Positions 1 through 12,357 of a DNA stretch of 64,000 nucleotides are shown one piece after another. The stretch lies in the NCBI RefSeq assembly GCF_006345805.1, contig NC_043010.1:56358001-56422000 (forward strand), given 5' to 3'. Made by a program: the position numbers and the translations under genes. A model generated the notes under the pieces. It worked only from the letters and a program-made list of their open reading frames with translations, ran no database searches and was not told the DNA's origin. The stretch comes from Octopus sinensis. Lineage: Eukaryota. Position 1 is the first letter of the stretch, and each line of letters opens with the position of its first letter.

Positions 1-455
1 AAATTCCAGACGTTATTCAAAAAAGCAACATTAAATTGAGTTGCAGTTGCACGAAAACTCATACCTAATAACATCAGAAAGCAAAATGGGAAAATTTTGA
101 AAACAAGCGAAGAACGAAGGCAGCCGACATACAGCTGTTGAATTATGAAGATCCCCCCCCCCCAAAAAAAAGAGTAAATACTTAGAGAAAAACATTGAAT
201 TTTCATCATCAATACTGTAACGAGCAAATCAAGTTTTCCATAACATCGTGTTCGGTTATCGCCAAGAACAGATTATCAGCATTTGATAAGCAGCGTTAGA
301 TATGACACAGGTATTTAAAAACTGATGAAAATCCTGTGACTTCTGTCTTGCAGAGAAGTCTTACATCATCCACCATCCTACACCAATTTTAGATATTATA
401 ACAAAAAAATGAACTCATATCGACTTGCCGACAATGTATCAAAATTCTGCCTTGA
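1..455 (+). mobile_element. Degraded Penelope-like element, C-terminal GIY-YIG endonuclease region
   Basis: Manual translation across stops and frameshifts gives IQKSNIKLSCSCTKT near base 5 and KSCDFCLAEKSYII...KNELISTCRQ near 330-435. These resemble the PLE motifs I recall as IFNRNTVKVSYSC and CNLCLxEK...LNKRxELISxCRH. Confidence 0.6.
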
Positions 456-1059
456 CAATTTTAAAGAAATCTCCTTCATTTGTGACAGATGACAACTCGC
501 AATTTACACTGTTTACACCAGCAAGAGTCATTATTTCAAACCTGTTCACATGTATGGTCGAGCAACCAAACGAAACTGCGGTTAAGATTAGATACTCCTT
601 GTTAATTTCACATAAAAGGACGTCCATAACATTCTATACACTCCAAAAATGATGTTACAGTGAGCACATAAACGAAACTACACACACACACACACATTTA
701 CATATACAGATATAGATACGTATATAGTAAGTCCCAGTATGAAGGAGATGTCTTGCCATCACAGGTATAAAAAGAAATCGTTGTAGAGTGACACCTAAGT
801 ACAGCTTCTCAAGTACTGATAAGGACACATCTATAATCGACCCCATCCCAACCGATAATCCCCAAGTCCCACATTTAAGTTGTTATTTCTTACACTCTGC
901 TCCCCTGACATAATTCTGTGACCGATTTCATAAAGTTACTCAATTCTAAAGTGTATTTCTGTGAAAAACACTCGAACTGTACTAAAACATCTTCTGTTGT
1001 TTCTATTTTCAGTGTGGTGACAGACAACCATTGATTAGTCCGGTGGATCCATGTTGTTG

Positions 1060-1100
1060 CTTAAATGGCCAATCAGGTTATTGGTTATGGGCGGAGGTCT
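1060..1100. promoter_or_regulatory. Promoter-like cluster: two CCAAT boxes and a GC box
   Basis: ggCCAATcag at 1067-1076 (NF-Y-like), ATTGG at 1080-1084 and GGGCGGAG at 1089-1096, all in unique sequence. Motif match only. Confidence 0.3.
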
Positions 1101-1225
1101 GTGTGTGAGGGAGTGAGAGGCAGGAAAGACAGGAGAGAGATAGAGGGGCGAGTGAGGGAGAGGGGGAGAATTTGTGTGTTTATGTGATTTATAACATTTT
1201 TTTTATTAAATTGGGATTTTTTAAA

Positions 1226-1236
1226 ATGACCGAAAG
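1226..1236 (+). CDS. Speculative micro first coding exon (ATG ACC GAA AG|gtaaga)
   Basis: aaaATG followed by a strong donor AAG|GTAAGA at 1237, about 130 bp downstream of the CCAAT/GC cluster. No homology support. Confidence 0.15.
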
Positions 1237-1261
1237 GTAAGAAAAACAAAAGTGAGTGTAT

Positions 1262-1324
1262 ACGTGTGTGTGTGTGCACGCGCGCGTGTGAGTGTGTGTA
1301 GACAGACAGACAGACGGACGGACG

Positions 1325-1403
<79 letters not shown>

Positions 1404-1418
1404 GACAGACAGACAGAC

Positions 1419-1499
<81 letters not shown>
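1262..1499. repeat. Compound microsatellite (GT)n/(CGGA)n/(CAGA)n/(GATA)n
   Basis: Directly visible; explains ORFs 1085..1504 and 1221..1598. Confidence 0.97.
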
Positions 1500-1504
1500 T
1501 GCAT

Positions 1505-3760
1505 TAGGGCATTGACATTTAAAATTTTTTCTGAAACTGAACATGGCCAGGTTGACTTGGTATGAGAAATGATGAGAAAGCAGTGACCAGCAGTTCATTT
1601 AGTTTTTTAACTTTCAAAAACCTACCCCACCAACTAATATTGCTATCTTCAAATGCGTCACCCTTGCATTTCCTTAGTCAAACTCCCATTACGTTCGGCA
1701 TTAGTGCTTCACGCGATTTTATTATGACTGAAGTTACTTCCTGGCCAAATACCAATAACGATATATAGACAATAGTAACAGTTGTTTCACATCTTGAGTA
1801 GTATTATTTGTTGTTGAGATAATCCATGAATGCATTATTCTTTCTATTACAGATATTAAAATATGTCGATTTAATTAGTGAATCATGTTATTTAAGCAGT
1901 CAAGTTGAGCAGTTGCAGCAAACAAGAAAAAGTGGCCAAAAAATATGACTAACTTTGGAAAGTCTGTTAAAAAGCGAAGAATAATACCGAATGTGGAACA
2001 TGAGTTGGCTGAACTAACTAGAATCGCCCAAAAATCTAGCACCTTTGGAAGGTAGAATGCATTAGCAAAAGTTTAAAAGATCCAGACATGCAAGAAATCA
2101 GCTCATTGCTCAGGAACTTGGGAATCTATGGGGAAAATGTGATTTTCCGTGTATAACATTAAAGTCTATTGTAAGAAAAGTAAAGACTCAGTTGACAAGG
2201 TAGATAGCCATTTGAAACCAGGTCAAAATGTTGTAGATTTGTTTGATATTACTAATCAACATGGCAGCTGGTTATCTAAAAAAGACAAAGACTTTTACAG
2301 TACACAAATTCAAAGTGGCGGAATAACTGGTTACACCACATCTCGGTCAGCTATGGTTCATCCTTCAAAACGAACACCTTCCTCGTCAAGAGTGTCAGCT
2401 TGAACTTCACAAGCGTTCCTCTCATACGCTGAAGCAGGTAAAGGAACGTGCCTCAAATATTCTCAAATATTACATAAATGTTTTGTATGCAATAATGTCA
2501 CTAATATGTGCCCAACTTCTTGCAGATACATCGTCATCATCAACATCATCATTATCAGAAACCCCTACTTTTGATTCTGCAGATGAAATCACATTACCAA
2601 TAGACGAACAAACTTTAAAAAATGACCAATGAGTGCTCCATTTTGATGGAAAGGTTATGAAGGATAAAGAAAGACAAGTTGTAGTGAAAAACAACACAAG
2701 AGAAATTAGATTAGCAGCACTAACTCTGAAAAATGACAGAGCAGATACAATCTTTCAAGGTCTAAAGGAAGTTTTGGATGATTACGAATTGTGGCCAGCA
2801 ATCAAAATGATCATCACAGATAAATGTAGTGTAAGTACAGGAAAGCGTACTGGAGTGGTGGTCATTCGACTGCAGAACGAATTTGTAAAGCATGGATATC
2901 CTGCACCTCAGTACATTGGTTGCCAATGTATTAAATCGCCTCCTAAAACATGCGATGGATGATACACTGAAAGGAAAAACTGCATCACCAAATATATCAT
3001 ATCCGTTCATAGACTAGTTAATAAAAAAATTATGAGGATTTGGTGGCAGAACGGAAATAAGGCGAAGCAAAACCTCAAATGGATGATAATCCAGGTTGGA
3101 GAGGTTACCTTAAGTTTTTATTTGAACTTGGTCATGCTTTCCGACTTTATCAGCAACAAAGCAATTTCCCAGAAATTAAGTTTAGAAAACTTCCTAGACT
3201 TATCAATGCACGTTGGAATTCACGAGAAATCCTGGTTATCCTCACATGCATGCTTCCACCACAAAGTATGAAGAAACCCTACAACGTGTGTTATTTTATC
3301 AGCGGAAACTGGATGGAAATATGGTTTTGTGACCAAAGGTTTGACAGCATGGCCTACCAGAGACTCTTGAAGCGGTTTCTGGATATACTAAAGCAAGCAA
3401 ATGTTTGAAAGTTAATTGGAATTGTGAAGAATCAGTAATTCAAGATATTCAGCGTTCAAACACGAGCTGAAAGTGCAGCAAAAATAATGGAGGAATTAGA
3501 TTGCAGGTCTTCTGGAAAATTAAGTCTGCGATTTGTTTTAACCAACAAGGATCTTTGAAACTTCTGTTGTGTTAGGTTGCCTTTATTACATTAACAATGC
3601 ATAAGAGTGCGTCTTATTACTGGAACAATATATGAATGTCTGTAGTAAAAGTGTTGTCAAATATATTGTCATGGGTGGGGTGTCAAAGAAAGAAATAATT
3701 ATGGGTTTTTTTGCCATTAAACCTTAAAGTTCACCTTCTGGTACCTTGGCCTTACTCGAC
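1505..3760 (+). mobile_element. Decayed hAT-superfamily (hATm-like) DNA transposon, transposase pseudogene
   Basis: Fragmented ORFs 2149-3408 carry LHFDGK...ERQVVV, ITDKCSVSTG (TDTTxxNTG-like), YIGCQ (CxHH-like), W.G.LKFLFEL and LINARWNSR (HHARW-like). The left end starts TAGGGC; no matching right TIR was found. Confidence 0.72.
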
Positions 3761-3870
3761 TTGAGAAAAGTCATCAGCTTAATATGTATATGTATGTATA
3801 TGTGAAAAACGAGTATGTATGTGTGTCTATGTGTACGTATATGTATGTATGTGCGTATATGTGTACGTAC

Positions 3871-3916
<46 letters not shown>

Positions 3917-4129
3917 GTCCAATCAGCTCTGGAATCTATATTAAATCATTCACCAGAAAAGTTTTTTAAAACTTTTACAAAGAATTTTTGGAGGAAAAAA
4001 AAAGTTAGGAACAGGGAAACGGAAAACCAAGCAAGAAATGCGTTAGAGGCTAAAGGTCGGTAGCGCCATCTCCCGGCAGGGGTTACAGCAATCAAGAATG
4101 GCGAATAAGCATTGGATTATCTCGCCTAA

Positions 4130-4790
4130 ATACCACCACCACCACTACTACTATTACCCACCACCACTATCATCATTATCATCATCAACAACAACATTTC
4201 CATCCATAAGATGACACAGTAACAACGTTGCACTGACGACATCTGGTTGTCATGGTAACGTCAGACTTCTCAACCATGTGATATATCTTGTGACCGATCG
4301 ATAACCAATGGTGACATTGCATGAGGTTGACTGATTGGTGGGAATGATGGGAGTGGTGATAGGGGCGGTTGTGGTTGTGATGGTCGTGGTGGGGCGGTGG
4401 TTGTAATAAAGCGTGGTGTGATGGAGGATAAAGGTATGGTGGTGTTGGTATTGGTGACGGTGGTGGTGGTGGTGGTGGTGGTAGTAGTGGAGGTGGTGGT
4501 GGCGGTGGTGGAAGTGATGGTGGAGGTGGTGGTGGTTGTAATCGTAATAGTGGTGGTCATGGTGGTAGTGGTGGTGATCGTCATCGTTGTGGTGGTGGTG
4601 GTTATGGTGGCGGTGGTGGTAGTGGTAGTAGTTATGGTAGTTATGGTAGTGGTGGTTGAGGTTGTAGTGGTGGTGGTGGTAGTGGTCTTGGTGATGGTTA
4701 TGGTGGTAGTGGTGGTAGCGGTTGTGGTGGCGATTGTGCTGGTCATTGTTGTAGTCGTGGTGGTGGTGGTGGTGGTGGTGGTGGTTTTTC
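4130..4790. repeat. Degenerate (ACC/GGT)n and (CAT)n trinucleotide low-complexity tract
   Basis: Directly visible; produces poly-His, poly-Thr and poly-Val pseudo-ORFs. Confidence 0.95.
4246..4259. promoter_or_regulatory. RFX X-box-like motif
   Basis: GTTGTCATGGTAAC versus consensus GTTRCCATGGYAAC; its reverse complement is identical to the 14-mer at 55178-55191. Confidence 0.35.
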
Positions 4791-4979
4791 ATTTCTTTCC
4801 CCACTATGACTTTACTCTTGCATACACCACATTTGGACCCATTACCTTGTAACATCATTATCCAAATTTATGGCATTGGCCTATTTCAGTTATCTCCCTT
4901 AGCATATTATACATTTTTAAGAATCCAATTTATACTGACCAGAAATTATTCGCAACTCTTCATTTGAAACTCTACCAAA

Positions 4980-5009
4980 CTGATGAGGTCAAACAGACTG
5001 AAACATGTT
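4980..5009 (+). ncRNA. Penelope-type minimal hammerhead ribozyme core (no local stem I)
   Basis: CUGAUGA-GGUC-aaaca-GACU-GAAA-CAUG-U-U: intact core, 4-bp stem II, palindromic stem III (ACAUGU). The flanks do not pair to form stem I. Confidence 0.45.
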
Positions 5010-5187
5010 CCTACTTTTCCTGAAACAGTGATCCGATTGGTCTTTAAACATAATTTTTGGAACTAATCTCTAGAAATTGATTTTCAGAAACTAATTCCAA
5101 ATTTCTAGCAATTACCTCCCCCTTTTATTTGGGATCTTCTAGCAACTACCACCAGGCACCGTTTTTGCTCCATCATCCCTTAACTCA

Positions 5188-5300
5188 CCTAATTTCACTG
5201 AACTTTTTGAGGTTAATTTTTTTTTAGTCGCGCGCGCGCGTGTGTGTGTGCTTGTGTATTTTACGAGTGTCGCACTTTCTTTCTCTGTCTCCCTGCCTCT

Positions 5301-5331
<31 letters not shown>

Positions 5332-5332
5332 C

Positions 5333-5373
<41 letters not shown>

Positions 5374-5525
5374 GTCCCGCTATGCACAGAGACACAGACA
5401 CACCAATCACAGAACTCAGCTAAACCAAAAGACTTGCCGAGCCGCGGTTGTTTGTTGCAAACAGCTGAGATATTCACAAGATTTCGCTGCTTGAAATGAA
5501 ACGAACGGCTGTCGGCCATTTTGTA
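5188..5525 (-). other. Candidate first exon (probably 5'UTR or non-coding) of a minus-strand transcript running toward the window start
   Basis: YY1/Inr-like CAAAATGGCCG at the 5' end, CTCF motif immediately upstream, and a strong donor TAG|GTGAGT (exon ends 5188). Contains (GT)n/(GA)n, so coding use is doubtful. Confidence 0.4.
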
Positions 5526-5550
5526 CCGGTTTGGCGCCCTCTGGTGGCCA
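5513..5550 (-). promoter_or_regulatory. YY1 motif plus near-consensus CTCF site
   Basis: Minus strand TGGCCACCAGAGGGCGCCA (5532-5550) matches 17/19 of the consensus TGGCCACCAGGGGGCGCTA; CAAAATGGCCG at 5513-5523. Confidence 0.7.
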
Positions 5551-6539
5551 GAGCTGTCTGAACGGGTGATTTATAAACTCAATATTAACTAACAGACCAC
5601 TTTCACACTGTCAAACAGTTGTCTCGATTGATGTTCACACAACACCAATGATAAACACATTCACACCTTGCACCACTCTTCGCCTTCACACTGACCATAA
5701 TGTTTCACAACACTGGGCGTATGTGTGCATGTGTGTGTGTGTATACATACGTGTGTATGTATATAAGTAAATCGGTGTGTATGTATGTTTGTATAAGTTT
5801 ATATATTTGTGAGTGTGTGCCTTTGTGTGATTGTATGTGTTTGTTCTTACGTGTATGTCGCTGCATGTTTGACTGTGACTGTGGCGCTGGCGTTAATAAG
5901 CAAGGTCGGTGTGTGTGTATGTATGTGTGTGTGTGTCATTGAATATTTCTGTGTGTGCATGCCTCGTGTGTGTGTGTGTGTGCGTATGTGTATATGTGTG
6001 AGAGTGTGTATTCCATGTTTTCTGTATGGGGTGTATTTCTAGTACATTCTTTCTTTAATTCACAGAAACATAAAGTACAAACCTTTGTGTGTGGTGGTGG
6101 GGGGGGAGGAATTCAAACTTTAATATAACAACACATTTCCACCTGTATGTACCTAAATTTCAATATGTTGCACTTACATCTTGTATTCCTCCTCTAATAC
6201 GACGGAACTCCCTAATCAGCCGGCGGCCATTCTAATAAGAACTCCCTTTCTCGCTGCCTTTTTTTTATACTTCTATACCATACATTATCTAGAATTATCT
6301 TTGAACCCCTTACAACGAGATCGACTTTCAATATCTCATACATTCCTCACTTACCTTGCTTCATTTTTCCTGTCCCAATTAGCATAAAAGTAATTAATTA
6401 CTTTACTCATCCAATTCTTTTCAGCCAATCACTCCTCTCACCCCATCCAACTTCAGTAATTTTCCTTTCACTTCACCAACCAATAATCTCCATGGAAATC
6501 TACATTTAAATATTTTTTAAACTCATCCTCCCGAAATAT

Positions 6540-6727
6540 TGGCTTCAGGGAGGAGGGGTCTAGCCGATTACACCGACCCCAGTACTCAACTGGTATTTAT
6601 TTTATCGATACCGGAAGGACAAAAGGTAAACTCGACCTCGGAGGAATTTGTACTCAGAACGTAAAGTTGGCCGAAATACCGCAAAGCATTTCCCCCGGCC
6701 TGCGAACCATTCCGCCAGCTCACCACC
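6540..6727 (-). mobile_element. tRNA-derived SINE, family A
   Basis: Shares the gtcgattacaccgaccccagt...atcgaccccgaaaggatgaaaggcaaagtcgacctcggcggaatttgaactcag core with at least 6 other copies in the window; minus-strand head has a B-box-like GTTC element. Confidence 0.85.
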
Positions 6728-7399
6728 CTATCCTCTCCAATAGGAAAATACTTGTTTTAATTCTTTTCCCTCAAAAATTTACATCATTCAGTTTGTTCCT
6801 TTTCGTTTTTTTTTTCTTACCTATTTCACTTCCCGTTTCTGGTGACTGCCCCCATCTCCTTTCAGCTCCGCACCCCATCATCGTTCCCTGTTTTCACCAA
6901 AGTCGTCTCCATATGAAGGCTTTGAGAATTTCTGCCTAAAATCAAACAATTTCCAACTTAAAAGTATTTATTGTAATTAAAGAGGCTTCGGCCCTTTTTT
7001 TATTTTAATCGTGGATTACTTCTTATGTAATAACGCTCTAATATTTAAATGTGTGTGTGCGTGTATGTGTGCGTGTATGTGTGCGTGTATGTGTGTGTGT
7101 GAGCGTGTGTGTGTATGTGTGTGTGCGTGCGTGTGTTCACACACACTAGCTCATACATAAACAGATATACATATACATTCAATACATATAGGTGCACCTT
7201 TATAAATGTGTGCGGATGAAAACCACGTGCATAGGTTTTCTGCTAATTTATAATTGTTTACTGCACACACACACACACACACACGTTCATATTTGTAAAC
7301 ACGTACACAGGAGTCAGTGCAAGCGCGTACGTATATCTAAATTTATGCAAACGGAGTTCTTGTTGAGTGAGTTGTATCCAGGTATGGGTGGATTACCTG

Positions 7400-8476
7400 G
7401 TATTCTTTGAAGAAATTTGTCCAGATTCCGTTTAAAGGTGATGGGATCCTTTTCCTCTTTGATCTGATTCGAAATCAGTCATGCCCTTAATTCTTTTTGC
7501 GAACGACCTCTGGGATGATTCAATTTTCGAGATGTTTTGTTTTGTATGGGGAGACCACAGGGGGCAGCAGTATTCGAGGTATGGCCGTGCAAAGTAGGAG
7601 AAAAGAGGAATGATGACACCTTGTTCTCTGGACCGGAAGGATCTTAGGATCCAGGAGCTCATCCTACGAGCTATATCGACCTTAGTGTTGATGTGGGCAC
7701 TCCAGCTAAGATTGTTATCAACAATTACTCCTAGGTCTCTGATATTTACAAGCTGTGAGTGGTTCCCCTGAAGGAAGAGAGTATGGCTGTTTTAGCATAG
7801 TCTTTCTTCCAAAATGCATCAGCTCAAATTTTCCCTCGTTTAGTTGCATTTTGTTTCTGTCTGCCCATTGACTCACAGCATATAGATTAGACTGGAGTTC
7901 AGTTCGGTCTTCTTCTTCTTCAGCGAATATTTTCACTTTGCTGTGTTTTATGACGCTAGAAAAGTCGTTTATATAGACTATAATGAGGAGCGGACCCAAG
8001 ACAGTCCGCCGAGGGGAACCACTGGTGACTTTTGCCGGGCTTCAGTGGATTCCACCGATCACAAGATTTTGTGTTCTGTTCTCCAGGAAATACTCAATCC
8101 GGTGTTGATGTTCTCCACGGATTCCAACATTTGACAATTTTGACAGTAGGATATTATGGTCAACATTGTCGAACGCTTTACTGAAGTCAAGATATATGAC
8201 ATCAGAGCTCGAACTTGATCCCAAGGTTTTAAGGATATCATCGATGTGGTATAAGAGCTGTCCTATTCTTATTTGCAGATGAATGAAACGCTTTTTGGTC
8301 CAGTTTGATTTTTTTTTATTACCCTGTTCCTCTGCAGCTCTTTGATTTTTCAATGCTGGTTTCCATGTTTTTCCAACTCCAGCCTTTTCATTGTTGTTGA
8401 ATGTGGATGTTGCATGTGGGAGTATTTTGATCGATTGATTGATTTTTTTATTAAGTCTTTTGATGCGTCTGATGAG

Positions 8477-8560
<84 letters not shown>

Positions 8561-8760
8561 GGAGCCTGTTTCTGTTTGTGTAAATGGATTTCGTAGGAGC
8601 GTGTTTTGATCATGTATAGGTGACAATGTCCTCAAAGTGCTGCCATGTGGTTTCAGTGTCAGTGGAACTGAGAATGAAGGACCAGTCGATAAAGGACAGA
8701 TCCTTTCTGATTGATCCCCAATCCGCTTTGTGGAAGTTTATGTTGTCAAATAAGTGCAGT
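7400..8760 (-). mobile_element. CR1/L2-clade LINE remnant (RT and downstream region, internally deleted)
   Basis: ORF peptides IYLDFSKAFDNVDHNILLSKL, IVYINDFSSVIKHSKVKIFA (YADD region), RDLGVIVD and ARPYLEYCCPLWSP; interrupted by (CT)n at about 8480-8558. Confidence 0.9.
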
Positions 8761-8861
8761 GATATATATATATGTGTGTGTGTGTGTGCGTGTGTGTGTG
8801 TGTGTGTGAATGTATTCAACACATACATTAGCATGCACATGTCTTTGCGCTTATTATGTAC

Positions 8862-8904
<43 letters not shown>

Positions 8905-8971
8905 TGAATAGATAGGGGTATATATATTTCTAGACATACATATTTACATATCTGTGTATGAGTGTCTGTGT

Positions 8972-9022
<51 letters not shown>

Positions 9023-9250
9023 TGTGTGTGTGTGTGTTTGTATATGTGTGTGTATGTAAGCGAATGAGAGTGAGCGCAGGCGCGTGCGTGTGCTAGTGTA
9101 TCCAAGTGTATCTATATAAATATATACACTCTCTGTTATTGGTAAATATTCTCCAGATATTTCAGGAGAATTTGGTTGACTGAATAATTCAGTTCCAGAA
9201 CAGCTAACAATGGACTGGCTTATTGTTGTTGCTGTTGTTTTTACTGCTGC

Positions 9251-9326
<76 letters not shown>

Positions 9327-9414
9327 GGTGGTGGTGGTGGTGGTATAGTGCGATGGGGATGGTGTCTACTTTATTACGACACAAGACTCTAAGCGACGGC
9401 AGAAATGAGTGACC

Positions 9415-9470
9415 GACGGAAGTCTTGTTGTCAGCCATGTTTTATGTGTCTTGGGACAAGTCACGTGATT
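9415..9470 (-). promoter_or_regulatory. Promoter-like cluster: ETS, YY1-like ATG and USF/MiT-type E-box
   Basis: CGGAAGT at 9417-9423; minus-strand AAAACATGGCTGAC around ATG 9438; GTCACGTGAT at 9460-9469. Confidence 0.3.
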
Positions 9471-9884
9471 AAGGTAAAGGCGGGTAAAGGGTGGTGTAGG
9501 ACGGGGGAACAGAGGTGTGACTGTGGATAGGGGATTAACTGAAGGGGGGGACTGTTTAGGAAAAGGAAGAGACGGGAGAGTAATATGGAGAGAAAGAGAG
9601 AGAAGGGAAGGAGAGAGGATGAAAATTAGGACAGTTGTTGTTGTGTGGCCCTACGTCAATTCTGATACAGTAGGTGTATAACCGAAGGCGTTCCAGGTAC
9701 GACCATCCTGACTCCTTGATATGCCATTAAATAATGGCACACAAAATAAAATGGTATATATGTGGAACAGTATACATTTAATCGCGTGTATTTATTATAA
9801 TGTATATACTAATACGATGGATAGTGACCTTGTTACGAAAATATATTTTAGCGAGAGGCAATAACAATATCGAATCGATTAGAT

Positions 9885-10027
9885 TGATCTCAGCACACAA
9901 CTGGTACTTATTTTATCGACTCTGAAAAGAGTGACAGGCGAAGTTGACTTCAACGGCATTTGAACTCAGAAGAAATGTCACGAAGTATTTTGTCCGGTGT
10001 GGTAACGAGTCCAGCAGCTCGCCGCCT
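9885..10027 (-). mobile_element. SINE family A, partial
   Basis: Same core and head (ccagcagctcgccgcc) as other copies. Confidence 0.8.
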
Positions 10028-10144
<117 letters not shown>

Positions 10145-10620
10145 TCAATATGGGACAAGAAGGCAAAACATCCAGACTGTTAGGTGATAGATAAAAGGGA
10201 CAACAAAACATCCAGATAGACGATACAAGGAAACAAGGACGGGTCATTCAGAGTTTTCTTTCCTCAATCGACTTCCAGATTACCTTTGCAATTTCGGTTG
10301 GTATACTATATAAGTACAAATATGCTATATGTATGTATAGCTTATTTGTGTTTACTATATATAGCGTATATTATATACTAATAGGTATATTATATATCTA
10401 GGTTCAACCTGTGTGTGTTTAAGGATTGTTTTTATCTGTTTTGTCTCTGTGTGCGGCGCGAGAATGGACTTTCTTCGTTCTCTGGTTTGGCCAGCCAAAA
10501 GCTCCCGGTAACTGTCAGTAATTGATGTTTGTTTCAGATTCCATTAAAACTGAAATCCCAAAACAGACTACACCATATATAAACACGAAACGACAAGTTC
10601 ATAGTTAGTAAATATTCTTT

Positions 10621-10824
10621 TCTACTCTAAGTACAAGGCTTGAAATTGGGGGTGGGGCAGTCGATTAGATCGACCCCAGTACGCAACTGGTACTTAATTT
10701 ATCGACCTCGAAAGGATGAAAGGCAAAGTCGACCTCGGCAGAATTTGAACTCAGAACACAAAGACAGACGGAATACCGCTAAGCATTTCGCCCGGCGTGC
10801 TAACGTTTCTGCCAGCTCGCCGCC
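10621..10824 (-). mobile_element. SINE family A, near full length
   Basis: Minus-strand head GGCGGCGAGCTGGCAGAAACG (A-box-like) and GAGTTCAAATTC (B-box-like), followed by the conserved core. Confidence 0.9.
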
Positions 10825-11373
10825 TTATAGTTAGTAAATATTACAATAACAGCAGAGTGAACAACTTTCTCAACAACAAGAAGTTTACAACTTCTTGACT
10901 TCAACTGTGAGATCTGAAAAAAATACAGTTACGACATTTCCTCGGTGTTTGATCATAGATGTACAACAAGGAAACAGTACAGGAAACAAAAAAATTGGAT
11001 TGGCTATGGAATGTTTATTAAAATTAAAACACAAGCTAATAATCAACACAAATAAAGGACGGATGAAATAAATTATAAAGTAAGCAGGAGCTAAGAGTTA
11101 AATGATAGGGAAATCAGCATCAACAACATGCTACAATCGTTCCTTCATTCAAAAGATGAAATCGAGAAAGAGTTGAAATGTGAATGGACCCAAATACATT
11201 ATTTGGCTAAACGAAAAAGAAAGGTCTGATAAAGATGCAGAGATAACCTTTGGTTGAAGACATGAAACAGGAACACAGCAGACTCAAGACATGTCACTCA
11301 CACATACCAAACTGATATGTGTGTGTTTTGTGTAGGACTTACATAAATATATACACACACGCACGCACGCACA

Positions 11374-11411
<38 letters not shown>

Positions 11412-11463
11412 CATATAACTATGGTATGTACATTTATGTACATAAAGATATTGATATATAGAA

Positions 11464-11510
<47 letters not shown>

Positions 11511-11646
11511 TAGATAGATATATAGAAAGAAAGATAGATAGACAGTCCGACTTACACATGCACACAGAGTCTGTATGGCTGGCCATACCCTATTCAAAGC
11601 ACTGGTTCAAATATACTCACAGCTGTTATTGTTACATATATACAGT

Positions 11647-11660
11647 GTTACCATGGCTAC
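11647..11660. promoter_or_regulatory. RFX X-box-like motif
   Basis: GTTACCATGGCTAC, one mismatch to GTTRCCATGGYAAC. Confidence 0.35.
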
Positions 11661-12069
11661 AACAGCTATATACAATATCCTCCATTTATACATCTCTGAA
11701 GAAGTATCCACATTAGGGAGTTCTTAACCTGCCTAAAACCCCCTACTGATGGAACTGTCTTCTTTTCATAAGAAGGAAATAGATGTTCCCCTCCCCTCTC
11801 CTCCCATTTCTGACAAACCAACTGAATCCATACACAGTTCTCTCTTTGTACGGTTACAAGAACGTGGGGCAATACGAGGGCTGACCCAAATCACGTGGAC
11901 ATATGCACAACCCTAATACATGTTTAATCAACAATAATTACATTGCTACTGAAGATAATTATTAGGTTTAATGATAATTCTTATCAACATTTACAAGGTA
12001 GACAACTCTAAATTAACAATTAAATGAAAATATGCGGAGCCGGCTGGGGAGCAGAGAGTTTGCTTTGTG

Positions 12070-12083
12070 GTTGCTATGGTGAC
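12070..12083. promoter_or_regulatory. RFX X-box-like motif
   Basis: GTTGCTATGGTGAC in a unique, GC-richer island. Confidence 0.3.
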
Positions 12084-12125
12084 AACTATGGAAATATACC
12101 AATTTTAATTGCTCCTTTGTTACAG

Positions 12126-12230
12126 GATTTTCGAACATAAGTATGGAGACAGTGGTTTGGGGCTCGATCTTAGTACACGGTATTTCGGACAAAGGGATTT
12201 TTCCTCTACCTTCTGGTTAACTAAGCATTT
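12126..12230 (+). CDS. Candidate 105-nt internal exon (IFEHKYGDSGLGLDLSTRYFGQRDFSSTFWLTKH)
   Basis: Acceptor ttttaattgctcctttgttacAG|, donor |GTGAGT at 12231, one open frame, symmetric phase 2. Product not recognised. Confidence 0.3.
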
Positions 12231-12318
12231 GTGAGTCGGGGGTTTAATAAATACCAAACGTTACGACAACCCGTCGTGTGTGTTTGTGCGTTTGTGTCTA
12301 TGTATGCGTATTGTGTTT

Positions 12319-12357
<39 letters not shown>

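Noticed and set aside
425-652. Overlapping ORFs 425..652 (+) and 439..627 (-) as host exons
   Set aside because: No recognisable domain and no convincing splice sites; they abut a Penelope relic.
1085-1598. YLSI, VCLS, YIYI, CVCV and YLPT repeat ORFs across the window
   Set aside because: They are read-throughs of tetra- and dinucleotide microsatellites.
4250-4858. His-rich, Thr-rich and Val-rich ORFs as metal-binding or mucin proteins
   Set aside because: All frames are translations of a (GGT/ACC)n tract. The same applies to 9241-9438, 12517-12984, 44835-45410 and 47524-47885.
5430-5519. MADSRSFHFKQRNLVNISAVCNKQPRL as a confirmed coding first exon with a GC donor
   Set aside because: The TCG|GCAAGT donor has a weak exonic context for a GC-AG intron and the peptide is not recognised; retained only as a promoter or UTR candidate.
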